The notes below the pieces were generated by a model, which saw only the letters and a list, made by a program, of their open reading frames with translations, had not been told where the DNA came from and did not search any database. Shown here in pieces: positions 1 to 10,876 of a stretch of DNA of 64,000 nucleotides; positions within the stretch are counted from its first letter, which is position 1; each line of letters starts with the position of its first letter. This DNA is from Fimicolochytrium jonesii (taxonomy: Eukaryota), in assembly GCF_025526975.1 (NCBI RefSeq), contig NW_026515689.1:124001-188000 (forward strand). The letters are read 5' to 3'. The position numbers were made by a program, and so were the translations under genes.

Positions 1-587
1 ATGATGGCAAGAAGGACGAGGGTGATGACAAGAAGGCAGATGATGGTGGTGAAAAGGACAAGGCCGCCGAGCCAAAAGAAGGCGGATCCCCCAACAACAA
101 CAACACAGAAGAGAAAGACAAAGCCTCCCGACACCCCCGCCACCTCACCGAAGTCGACCCGGACTACGCCGATCCGCACACGCCCCAACCCCCCTCCTCC
201 CCTTACCCCCAAGAACACCCCCACCCCACCCGCCGCTCCCCCGACACCCCCGCAACCCTCCCCTTCGGCATGTCCCACTCCGACTACACCCCCGCCCACT
301 CCGCCCAACTCCAGGACGCCCCCTTCTGCCAAAATCTCAACATCGTCGCCCCCTCCCGTTTCTACCCGATCCACTTTGGAACACGCGCAATCCTGATCGA
401 GCCCTGGACCGAGCATTGCGATAAGATCCAGAAGTTGGAGATGGAGAGCGTGGGGTTGCATTGGTGGCATAATCTGGTGAATGATGGGGTCGTGTTGGGG
501 AGGGAGAGTTTTTTGGGGAGCGTGTTTGGGATGGCGTGTCCCGCGGTTGTCGAGGCGTTTGGATTGAAGGCTTTGGAGATTGTTTGA
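1..587 (+). CDS. 3' part of a putative glycosyltransferase family 32 / alpha-1,4-glycosyltransferase (Gb3_synth-like C-terminus); 5'-partial
   Basis: Frame 3 is open from the window start to TGA at 587. It ends ...RFYPIHF...SVGLHWWHN...SFLGSVFGMACP..., matching the FYPI / HxWN / CP pattern of the GT32 C-terminal domain. Confidence 0.55.
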   Translation, partial: DGKKDEGDDKKADDGGEKDKAAEPKEGGSPNNNNTEEKDKASRHPRHLTEVDPDYADPHTPQPPSSPYPQEHPHPTRRSPDTPATLPFGMSHSDYTPAHSAQLQDAPFCQNLNIVAPSRFYPIHFGTRAILIEPWTEHCDKIQKLEMESVGLHWWHNLVNDGVVLGRESFLGSVFGMACPAVVEAFGLKALEIV

Positions 588-878
588 GAGGTGGGACGGT
601 TTGAGAAGGCCAATTGCTTTTGTGACTATTTTTTTTCTTGTATTTAGTCTGCGGCTCATTTTGCTGTCTGATTAATGTGTACAGTGGTCTCTATGTATGT
701 GAAACACAACCAACCTATTCATCTATCTGCCGTCCTGTTCGATCTGCGGGCCTGAACATGGATTGTACTCGACGCCGCTCCCCATGCGGATGTTCGGCAT
801 CACCCGCACCCAAACCGAACTCTAGTCGTCGCCGCTCATCTCCATCGAGGATCCAGCCCCTCCATCGTTCCCACCCCC

Positions 879-1367
879 TCACAGCTCCATAACCATCCTA
901 ACATGCTTAACCCCCTTCTGATCACTCTCACTCCCCTCAACAACGCTCATCCCCCTCTTCTCATAAAACCCAACCTGGTTCACCCTCGCGGTGCACCACA
1001 CCCCCGTGATCCGCTCGTTACGCTTCGCATCCTCAAAGACATGCGACAGCAACGCACCGCCGTATCCTTTCCCCTGGATTTCCGCCGCCGTTGCGAATTT
1101 GCGGAACCGGGCGATTTTGCCCTTTGATTGTTGTTGTGGTGTGAAATCTGAGGCGGGTGGGGACTCGATGAAGAGGGAGATGACGCTCACGGGGGTGGAA
1201 GAATCGGAGGCGAGGAAGAGGCCGTAGTGGAGGCCGGTGGGGTCGGCGGCGAGGGGCACTTCGGAGGGATGGTTGGGCCAGAGGATGGCGGTGCGGAGGG
1301 GGTAGGTGAGGAGGTAGGGGATGCGCCGGATTTCGAAGTCGGTTGGTTGGGGATGTGGGACGGTCAT
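879..1367 (-). CDS. GNAT-family N-acetyltransferase, intronless
   Basis: 162-aa ORF with TYPLRTAILWP, RFRKFAT, acetyl-CoA motif QGKGYG, and WCTAR...FYEKRG. Confidence 0.9.
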   Translation of the reverse strand: MTVPHPQPTDFEIRRIPYLLTYPLRTAILWPNHPSEVPLAADPTGLHYGLFLASDSSTPVSVISLFIESPPASDFTPQQQSKGKIARFRKFATAAEIQGKGYGGALLSHVFEDAKRNERITGVWCTARVNQVGFYEKRGMSVVEGSESDQKGVKHVRMVMEL

Positions 1368-1900
1368 TGTTGTGGGTGGGGTGTCGGAGTTGGATTGGGG
1401 GATTTTTTGGCGTTGAGAGGGCTGTGCTGGCAGGCCTGGTGCCTTTATATGCGAGTACTGTAAGCCTGTGTTGGGGCAATGGGGCTAACTGTCGTGGTCA
1501 ACCCTAACCCTAAAAACTCCCCAAAATCCTGACTCCCGAAGAAGGCAACTCAATGCAATTTCCAAATGACCGCAATTGCGCAGCCATCTATAACGTTTGT
1601 ACTGTATACCACGGATGCAAGCGGCCTCTCCCATCTTTGTACCGGGGTCTCACGGGCAACTCATCATTACCGGGGAGCAGCTTCAGCCGTTTATCGTGTG
1701 CTGATGGGAGAAGAGGAAGGGCGTCTTGACGCGTAAAACACCATCGACATTCAAACGTTTTGTATTGACCAGACCACCGTTATGTTTACCACTGCCTATG
1801 TACATATTCAAAGGGGTTGCCACATTGGGAGCTGAAGAGCTCTCTGGTATAATACCTGGCTCCGTCAACATTCCTCCCTCCGTTCTCCCTCCGCCCGAAC

Positions 1901-3163
1901 TCACCGAATCTGCATACTAGCCCGCTCACTCTCCAATCTCGCATACAGCATATACAACGCCATCTGATTCGCCTCCGGGCTGCCCTCCACAGTAACAAGC
2001 GTTTCAGCATGAACCGAGTTATTGTTGCTCATAACTTTAACCCTGCACCCGCTCGCGACCCTGATTTCGTTAATGCTCGCCCCTTGCCTGCCGATGACGG
2101 CGCCGACCATGTCGTTCGGGATGTACATTTGCACCACTTGGTAGGTCCCGTCGGCGGGTGGGCCGGGTGGCGCGCCGGGGTAACCACCGTAGCCAGCGGC
2201 CGGGTGCATTGCTTGTTGGTTTGATGGGTGATGGTGGCCGCCGGGCTGCGGGTGGGGCGAGCTGGAATGGGGAGCTGGGTAGCCGCCCCGCGGGTCGCCT
2301 CCGATGTAGTCTGAGTTCCTGAGGGGAGCAGGGATGTATGGTGTAAAGTTGCGGATCTCTTCGCGATGGCCGTGAAGGGCGGTTCCAATGTGGTAAGCAG
2401 CTAGATGGATCGCGTCGACATGACCATACACGCTGACGACGCGTTCGGTGCTGTTGGGCAGTGATCCATTCTCTGCGTAGATCTGTGCCGCGGACTGTTT
2501 CATGATATCCTTAATGTTTTCGCATTGTCGGCCCATCAGCATACCCATCAGCTGGGTCGGAACGAGGAGCCGGAGTTCAGTGGAGCCGTCTGTTGCTGGC
2601 GCGCCGTTGTTTGGTGTTTCCGAGACTATCTTGGCAGCGATCAGCGCAAAGGCTTTGGCGACGCTGTTCATCACGCCAGTAACCACAAGGACGCGATCTG
2701 AAGCCCTGGGGATCGAGTCTGATATCTGCACTCTCGCTCCGGATTGAAGGCGGATGCCACTGATGCTCCTTCCCTGCTTCCCGATGACGATCCCAGCGTC
2801 CCTTGTCCTAATCAAGCCGCGCATGCGGAACTCCTTTTCACCCAAGGGAGCGAACTTAGTCTCAGCGCTACGTGATGACCGCCTCTCTCTTTCCGCTCTG
2901 ACTTCCGAGCCCGAAAGTGAGGCGTCGGTGACGATAAGCATCTCCCTGGGCGCAGGGCTTGAATGTTCGCGCGCGTCCTCCATCTTCGTATTGGTGGCGA
3001 CTGAATCAGATAGGGCTATGTATTCATCATTCGTGCGTACGCCATCGCCTACCGCCTGTCGCTTATTGCTGCGGCCTCTTTCGTGTTCGTCATCCGAAAA
3101 GCCCTCAAACTCGAAGGATCGTTTGCGATCAGGGTCGCGCGCATCTGCAGAGGTCTTTGTCAT
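1901..3163 (-). CDS. Triple KH-domain RNA-binding protein (hnRNP K/PCBP, Rnc1/Pbp2-like), intronless
   Basis: Three KH repeats: GIVIGKQG, GMLMGRQC, GAVIGRQG. Likely start MTKTSAD at 3163 within the longer ORF. Confidence 0.88.
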   Translation of the reverse strand: MTKTSADARDPDRKRSFEFEGFSDDEHERGRSNKRQAVGDGVRTNDEYIALSDSVATNTKMEDAREHSSPAPREMLIVTDASLSGSEVRAERERRSSRSAETKFAPLGEKEFRMRGLIRTRDAGIVIGKQGRSISGIRLQSGARVQISDSIPRASDRVLVVTGVMNSVAKAFALIAAKIVSETPNNGAPATDGSTELRLLVPTQLMGMLMGRQCENIKDIMKQSAAQIYAENGSLPNSTERVVSVYGHVDAIHLAAYHIGTALHGHREEIRNFTPYIPAPLRNSDYIGGDPRGGYPAPHSSSPHPQPGGHHHPSNQQAMHPAAGYGGYPGAPPGPPADGTYQVVQMYIPNDMVGAVIGRQGASINEIRVASGCRVKVMSNNNSVHAETLVTVEGSPEANQMALYMLYARLESERASMQIR

Positions 3164-3945
3164 TATGTGAAAATGTTGGTTGTTCTTTCGGTTAGGTATA
3201 ATTTTGAGGGTTGGGGTTGGGGTTGGGAGGAGGATCAAGACGTTGATGGCGGGTTGTTCAAGTGGGAAGAATTCCACCCAACGACGGTCAAAGGGGGCCA
3301 GCACCAAACGAGGAACGTGATAGGACAAAGTTCAGGTGACGGGACGGGAGTGATATACAAAGTTCTGCGTACCGTTTGTATAGCATAATATGGGAGGAAT
3401 TCACCGCAAAACGTTCATACAACACGGATTTTCTCGCCGATGCTCACAGTTTGCCTTCTCTGGAAGTGGTTGCAGAGAAAGGGTAGGACTCGGTTGAGAC
3501 AATTTTCCCACGCTATCAGTCACGCGATCTCGAGCAGTTCCTATTCCACCCTAGGCCAGACAAGTCTCGCGTACCTTTGAGAAAGACCAACACCACTGGA
3601 TTGAGTAATACAAGCGTCGTTGGAACACAGTCGTGGTGCAAGATGATGGCGTGGGAACCAACTTCAACCAAGGCCTTTTGTAAGGTACGTACAGTAGTGT
3701 GAGAGATCCCCATCCCCATGACGTCCACGTGACACTACCGTAGTTTATTGTTTTCTTCCCTACTTGTCGGAGTACGCTGTACCTCCCTTTTCGGATATGT
3801 CTCTCCTTTTTGCTTCACTACAAACCACCATCTTAGTCCCGAGCGGAACCTTTCAAGGCGGAAGCATCTTGCGGCGCTCTCCTCTGGTGGAGGCAGCACT
3901 GTGGTTTTGGGTACCATAAACAATGCGCCCGCCATTTTGAAGATC

Positions 3946-4962
3946 ATGCCGCCGACAGATCCTCTATCGGAACGGGAAGGAGATATTCTTACCAGGCTGA
4001 AGAGCCAGGTATTACATACTGAACGACAACGGGTTCAGGGAACAACTGGCTCGAATTGCCACCGGCAGTCAAATGCCGCAACAATCACCAATCGCCCACG
4101 ACAATGGACTGAAGTGCTCCCTGACTGGAGTCGGCGGGGCCTGGACGAAGGAAGCGTTTTTTTGTCATTTGATCGCCTCTCTGACAGTAACGACTACGTG
4201 TACGCATACAAGACCGGTAAAATCCCCGCCAAAGTGCATCCTGCACATTTCGCCGACAATCTCCGTGTCGTACTCAGAGGAGTGAATCAGTATCTTGGTT
4301 TCCAACGTAGCGGTAACGTCAGCAATTCCTCTCAGTGCCAAATGGTGCAAAGATGGATAGCACACATAAGGACCCACGCGTACCGCAGCGCGTATCACTG
4401 GCAGACTCCCCAGCACTGTTTACCGCTGTCCACAATATTGAACCGCCCTGCCATGTCGACGGTACCGGCCTGGTTAGAGGAGATAGAAGATGTCGACCCC
4501 GAGGAAAATGACTCTGATGTCGAGGAGGATAGTTCCAACATTCCGCGTCCTGCGTTGATGGAGCTTGATTTGGGCCGGATCGCCAACACCAACTGCGACG
4601 GGATCACCAACACTAAATGCGACGGGATTGCCAACGAGACACTGCCCGATCGTACTCGCTGGTGAGACTCTATGTGAGAGCATGCTAATTGTGAACAAGG
4701 AACTACCCACGTCTCTTTCTCTATATCCAGGCAGGTTTATGAAGCCTTCTCGGTTCAGGCAATGAGGAACGAGTGTAAGGCAAAGAAGCTCCAATCGGTG
4801 GGCAATCGCGCTCAACTGTTGAAGCGATTGAACGACAAGCAAGTTTTCAACTGCCGGCCAGCCAATTTCGCGACCTTCTCGTCCCCGCGGTTAACGGCCA
4901 GCGGGCCAGAGCGGATATCCCGGCATCGGCTATCGCCGACTTATTCCGCACCCTTTTACTAG
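3946..4962 (+). CDS. Hypothetical protein with C-terminal SAP domain; exons ~3946-4661 and 4731-4962
   Basis: Intron 4662-4730 (GTGAGA...GCTAAT...CCAG) joins the ORF in frame to YEAFSVQAMRNECKAKKLQSVGNRAQLLKRLNDK, a SAP-like motif. Start is uncertain. Confidence 0.55.
4578..4637 (+). repeat. 24-bp coding tandem repeat, ~2.5 copies (IANTNCDG/ITNTKCDG/IAN)
   Basis: GATCGCCAACACCAACTGCGACGG GATCACCAACACTAAATGCGACGG GATTGCCAAC. Confidence 0.8.
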
Positions 4963-7115
4963 CTTCATGGCACCGGCGCGTCGAATTCTAATGCGCAGCT
5001 TTTACTTCGCCTGTACCTCGTGTTGTCGGCTTATATGCGTACTATGGGAGCATTAGGGTCAGCGCCAAACGGGACATTTCAATAGAAAGGCTGCTTTTCC
5101 CTCTGACGTGTGAAAAGAAAAACCAAGCATCTGTATGGAACGAAATTGAGAAACGGTTGAACAATCTTTATTAAACGAGTGAAATAGCCCACATGTGGGT
5201 CCTAATTGTACTTTGAAATCAACGCCAGCCGGAGGTTTTCCCGCAGACGGGCTGCATCTTCATACTCCCCTGTGGGTCAGGAAGTCTTTGACTTCATCGG
5301 GATGTTCGAGACAGGTTCTACATGTACTCTAATCATTTTCTCCACATTCCGCCATAACGACGTCGCACTGATGATAGTCCTTGCAGATGTTCAGGTAACC
5401 CTTCAGCTCGATGTCTCCTGCCGTAGCGAGTCTCCCAATTCCTCTACTTCTGCAAAATCTCCAATGATGAGTGGGCAAAGCTCGTCTTCATTCTCTTTCG
5501 TCACCCAAGTGTCTTCAAATGTCTCCAAGATCTCGTTATTGTTGCTGTTGAGCGTCAGAGGCTGCGGAAGTCTTCTTAGAGTTCGGTGTCGAGGGTGTCT
5601 TCATCATATATCTGTGACGGATGAACAGGAAGCGGAAGAGAGCTCATTTTTTTATTGCACGGTCGGATATCCTCATACAGAAAGGCGAAAAAAGCTGAAT
5701 TCATAGACCATGCCGGATATAAAATCTGAGGTAATATTAGCATTCGATGCCGCCAATCTGACCTAATCTTGGATGCATTCTGTGAAACCCGGGTTCGCCG
5801 AAAGCGCCGCTTGCTCACCAAGAAAGCGTCCCAAAGACTCGGCGAGGGGGCCTGACGGGCTTCGTGGAGCATCGTAAACGCTTGAACATCTTGACCCTAT
5901 CTGTTCAGTTGTAAGCAAGGCAGCATAACGACAGCATAACGACATGACCGAAATTCAACAAGCCACCCTTTCAACGTACATTCCGAGAGTTTTGCCATAT
6001 CGAAACACTGTCTACCGGCTATTGATGCCAGGAAGAAGATGCACATATATGATGCGTACCTTGCACCGCAAGCACATTTGCCGATTTGACAGGACGTCGC
6101 GCTGTCGGATTTAGTTTACCGTCCGCTTACGCCGCTTTACGCTTACATTTTGTTTGCTGCACGGAAACAAGCGTAACCTGCTTAAGCTTATCCTAGTCCC
6201 AGAGGCGCATGGACCCTTCGACAAAATGTGGGGAGCCCGTGTGACGGCCAGTGACATTGTAATGCAGCACCTGCAAAACAGGATAAAAACAGTCGTCACG
6301 TCCTGGAACCGGGATTTACTTCGAAAGGCTCGGCCACCAGAAGCTTATCAACATACACATCTTCAGAGGCGGCCCAACTGGGTGAGGAGTCGTCTTGGCT
6401 TTCTTTCCTCGAATGGTGAGCGAGGGTTATTGGGGTTCGCGTTTGGGCTTAATCTATGCCCGTTTGACCGAGGCTTCTCAAATGACCGCCAACGCCCTGT
6501 GTTGCTTTTATAATACTGTACAAGAACGGAACAGAGGGTCGAAATCGCTGTTACAATGTAGTAGTCACCTCCCTCCACCCCCCGCCATAACAGGTGCTCT
6601 TCTTGCTTTCACTCGGGGTGCTTGTCCGCTTTATGGGATGTTGAAGCGCATAATGACGGGCCTTATCGCTGAGACTCGGCATGCATATGCGTCATCAACG
6701 TTAGAGGGAGGAGTGTCACGTGATTATAAAACGCGCGATGGAATGTTCGACAGAGAGAACGAAAGAAGGAGGGAAGGAACCGCAGATGGAAGAGGGATGG
6801 ATGACGTAATGTGGGTAGTACCGATTCCATTCCGATTCGATCGAGGCTGGCGTCTCTGTCTGAGTGCGACTGCGACTGCGAGTGGCAAGTGGGAGCCCCC
6901 GCCGCAATGATCGGTTATAACTTACTTATGATGGGTAAGGAGCACTGACTCCCTTCTCAGTATACGTACTGTCCATATTTATACAGAACCCACCACGCTG
7001 CAAACACTGCAACGACTTGCACGCACCCACCGTCCGTTCGTTGTCAAAAAAACATTCTCAACCCGTCGGATCTCTCCCCCAGGAAGAACGACTTTCAAAC
7101 ACCGTCTCTCCCAAT

Positions 7116-8873
7116 ATGTCTTCTTTAGAGGAGCTGGTAACGGCAAGGGCGGCTCCGGGAGATTCATCAGGCCCCGTGGAAAACATCAGGTTGAGGCCAT
7201 ACAATCAGACGTTGTACGAGCGGCGCAAAAGCTCCGCTTCACAACAACAGCAACAGCAACAGCAATCGAATTGGGAAGCCCATTGGGCACTCCGCCGTCA
7301 GCAGTATCTTCGTCCATTGCTGCAACCTGTCCCATGGATTCTGCCGCGTTTCGGGATCCGCACCTCATACGGTGAAGCTGGATTCTGGACCCTCTATACA
7401 ATTGTCTGCATCGCTATTCTTGTTGCTATGCTGCCCGCGGCCATCACCTTTCTCCCGGATGCAAATTCCACTCGTCACCACAATGATGACAACCCGGTCA
7501 ACGATCCTGCCAGTTCACTAGGAACCCTCGGAACCCTTCTGATGACATTGGCACTATTGCCCGTCAGCCGCAACGGAATCCTCACCCTCTTGCTCAACCT
7601 ATCATTCGAACGTGGAATCAGATTTCACCGCTGGCTAGCGTACGTCGCTATCGGCTTCATCATCGCGCATGGAGCCGCCTACATCGGCTTTTACGGTCGG
7701 ACCAACGTCTCTCCTGACGGCATAGGGAGCCTGCTCTGGGACGGCGTATTCAGCGTCAACTTAAGCGGGTTCATTTCGTTGTGCTGTGCCGTTGCCCTCG
7801 CTCTAACCTCGCTACCATGGATCCGTCGCCACATGTTCGAATTCTTCTACCGCGTCCACATCCCGCTGTTCCTAGGCTTCGTAGTGTTTGCGGCCATCCA
7901 CCGTGGGACAGCAATCGGCATCCTCGCCGTGCCCATCCTCAACTGGGCTCTCGGCGTCGCCTTCCAAATCCGCAGCGTCCGCAAAAAAGCAAAAATGCTC
8001 TCCCTCAAACTCCTGAAAGACGGCGTCACCCGCCTCGAATTCGACAAGGAGAAATTCAACTATCATGCCGGACAGTACGTCTTTATCTGCATACCCAAAC
8101 TCAGCTGGTTCGAATGGCACCCTTTCTCCATCAGCACCTCCCCGCACGACCAGCACGTCTCCCTACACGTCCGCACCCTTGGTCCCTGGACAGCCTCGCT
8201 CGCCAAACTCGCCGTATCTCTCGAACAACAGCCCGCCGGCGAACCCCTCCCTATCCTCCTCGTCGACGGCCCCTACGGCACCAGCACGATCCCTCTCAAC
8301 GAATACAAGAACTTCCTCCTCATCAGCGGCGGCATCGGCGTCACCCCCATGCAATCCATCTACAACGACCTCGTCCGCGACTGGCGCGCCGCACACCGTG
8401 AGTTGCGTCACTGCCGGTTCATCTGGTCCGTCCGCGCGACCGGGGCGTACGATTACCTCCTCGACGAAGAGACCCAGCGGTCGCATAGCAAGCACAACGG
8501 GCTGGGCGTGCTGCCCCCGTTCCATACACCGATGCTGTTGGATGAGTATCATGCGAACCGCGCCGCGAGAGGTGAAACACAACCCACCAACGAAGCCCCC
8601 GTTCTCGCAACAGAATTCTACCTCACCAGAGGCGATGTCGCAGCAGTGCAGGAACAAGCCACGGAGGAAGGGAGGCAACTGTGGGTTCGGCCAGGCCGAC
8701 CGGATTTGAATGCGGCGTTTGAGTTGATGAGAACCCAGCATGGCGGGGAACGGAGGTGTGCGGTTTTGGTGTGTGGACCGAGGGGGTTGGTGAGGGAGGT
8801 GAGGAGGAAATGTTTGGAGTTTGGGAATGCGGGGATGGAGTTTGATTTGCATGTGGAGACTTTTGAACTGTGA
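7116..8873 (+). CDS. Ferric reductase / NADPH oxidase family flavocytochrome, intronless
   Basis: Heme His pairs (FHRW...AHG; RVHI...AIH), FAD motif HPFSI, GPYG, NADPH motif GGIGVTP, CGP, and C-terminal HVETFEL. Confidence 0.93.
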   Translation: MSSLEELVTARAAPGDSSGPVENIRLRPYNQTLYERRKSSASQQQQQQQQSNWEAHWALRRQQYLRPLLQPVPWILPRFGIRTSYGEAGFWTLYTIVCIAILVAMLPAAITFLPDANSTRHHNDDNPVNDPASSLGTLGTLLMTLALLPVSRNGILTLLLNLSFERGIRFHRWLAYVAIGFIIAHGAAYIGFYGRTNVSPDGIGSLLWDGVFSVNLSGFISLCCAVALALTSLPWIRRHMFEFFYRVHIPLFLGFVVFAAIHRGTAIGILAVPILNWALGVAFQIRSVRKKAKMLSLKLLKDGVTRLEFDKEKFNYHAGQYVFICIPKLSWFEWHPFSISTSPHDQHVSLHVRTLGPWTASLAKLAVSLEQQPAGEPLPILLVDGPYGTSTIPLNEYKNFLLISGGIGVTPMQSIYNDLVRDWRAAHRELRHCRFIWSVRATGAYDYLLDEETQRSHSKHNGLGVLPPFHTPMLLDEYHANRAARGETQPTNEAPVLATEFYLTRGDVAAVQEQATEEGRQLWVRPGRPDLNAAFELMRTQHGGERRCAVLVCGPRGLVREVRRKCLEFGNAGMEFDLHVETFEL

Positions 8874-9809
8874 GCAGTGGGACTCTGCATGTGGATACTG
8901 TATATAGGCCGAGTGACTTTCATCCCCCTAATTCTTTGTATATACTCCTTTGTACATCCCCTCCTTGTCTTACCATATCGTCTGCCCCTTTCAACTTTTC
9001 GGACTGTTTACCCAGCTGGTGTCGTCACGGTAAGATTTGCAAACCGTCCTATGGTGGTTCTTCCCTCCCGCTGCCTCCAAGCTTGAACGACGCTGGGAGA
9101 AGGCTACGAGTAAAGTCTCGGGCGGCAGCGACCGCCGTATTTCCAAATCGAACAACATCGAACCGGCGTCGCCCAGTCGGCTTTATTGTCCACCATTTGG
9201 CATGGACGGCGGTCCCGTGAACCTTCTTGTAACAATCGTGGTGCCAAAAGTGAAGTAATCCGTCGTCCAGGGGTTTTCCAGCTCGGATGTTCCTGACAAG
9301 CCAACACCGGCGCGTCTCACAATGCTTACCGTCCTACTAACGTCGTCATAAACGACCGAGTCCAACGAAAGCTTGTGAGTTCCTGTACGTGCAGGTGGCA
9401 TGCCTGAGCAAAACCGCCCGTCCCGTCATAGCCTGCAACGTGCAGCCCCCACACGGCTTGCGCAGCTTTGCACCTGTCCGTCAATGTGTATGGAATACCG
9501 AGGCGCTCGTCACGGTCGAGGCACGCATGGACAATGAGAGCAGCGAGGTGGAGGAAGGTCAAGAGGCAACGTCGGGAAAGGTCGGCGGAGGAAGCGACTG
9601 GGCCAGTGTCTCGCAACGCTACAAACTCGGTGGCGTTCTGCCAGCCATTGGCTGTGTGGTCAAACTGGGGCGAGAAGGGCAATGCGTCCCGTTCTCTGCT
9701 TGACTGGAGTGCTGCCACTCGTTCCACAAATGGAAGTGCGGCGGCTTGCGACACTCGAGAACAATTATGATCATCCTTCCATCGAGCAGCAGGTATTCCG
9801 TGGTATCTA

Positions 9810-9934
9810 CACCTCGCAAAACTCTGTACCCCCCCTCTAATTGAAATCAATATTGGTCACTCACGTGAATTTGGCGTCGCGGCAGTCGCTGATTTATTTC
9901 AGCGGGGGGTACAGAGTTTTGCGAGGTGACTGTA
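9810..9934. mobile_element. MITE, probably Tc1/mariner-derived
   Basis: Perfect 25-bp inverted repeats CACCTCGCAAAACTCTGTACCCCCC (9810-9834 / 9904-9928). The right end extends to ...GTGACTG|TA (CAGT terminus plus TA). The left end lacks 4 nt of this terminus. Confidence 0.7.
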
Positions 9935-10876
9935 CATACTCCATATATACAGTACAGTACAGTACACTTAGTATACCCCACGCGACAGAATCAACCGATT
10001 ATATGGAACGAGCAACTGGACGGCCCGCATAAGCCTAATAGCCTATGCGAACATCGACGGAGACCCTGTCCGATAGATTCCGGACTTCGACGAGTATTGT
10101 GCGCGTGCGCGCTCGTTCGGACACTATCAGCCCTGGGAAGAAGCGCAAAATGGAATGTCCAATCGATACGATCACCAATTTGCGTACCCGCATCTAAGTG
10201 CCTGCTTCCCTTTGGTCATGTCCAGCGTTACGCTCGCTGAGGCAATGTCTTTGCGGCATGTGTGTAGCTGTGCAACAGCTTTTCCATGTCGTCCGGGTTC
10301 TCTGATGGTAACGTTGTCCATCCCGAAATATGGATGGTTCATAGATGAAATAGAAGGCCGACATACCCGACCCAGTATATGGGACATGGGACATCTTCAC
10401 CGTCGATGAAATAGCGGTGATGTCCCCCTATTTCATCGAAGCTGACGTTCAACTGCAGGAGTTGAATGATGCGGACTGCGATCTGATTTTTCGAGTAGTT
10501 GACGACGTTGGCAGCGGCTGTGTTAGTGCTGTGTTAATGCGCAAAGTTAGTGTCGGACGCGAATATGGGTCCCGATGTTTTGGCAACTAAGTTCGAGGAA
10601 CTAAAAGGGACTGAGCAGCATAACCGTATGACGGCTGGCGGACGTTGTTGACAAGTCGATGTGTGTATATGATGATATGGCCAGAGTGGAGCCGTCACAT
10701 AGGAGAAATATCCAGAATTATGCGATTAAAGTGATGACTAAAGGAAGACATGCACCGCTCAATTTCATCAGGGAACAAATAAGGCAGTTTTCGAAGGCCG
10801 GACAGGCAAGGATTGAACCCAGTGCGCAAAGCTCACACCATTGATATTCCGCCATAAAGAGGAGAGGGCAAGTCTC

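Noticed and set aside
5200..6100. Possible degraded gene or transposon on the minus strand
   Set aside because: Coding-like fragments are broken by stops in all frames and no family motif could be recognised.
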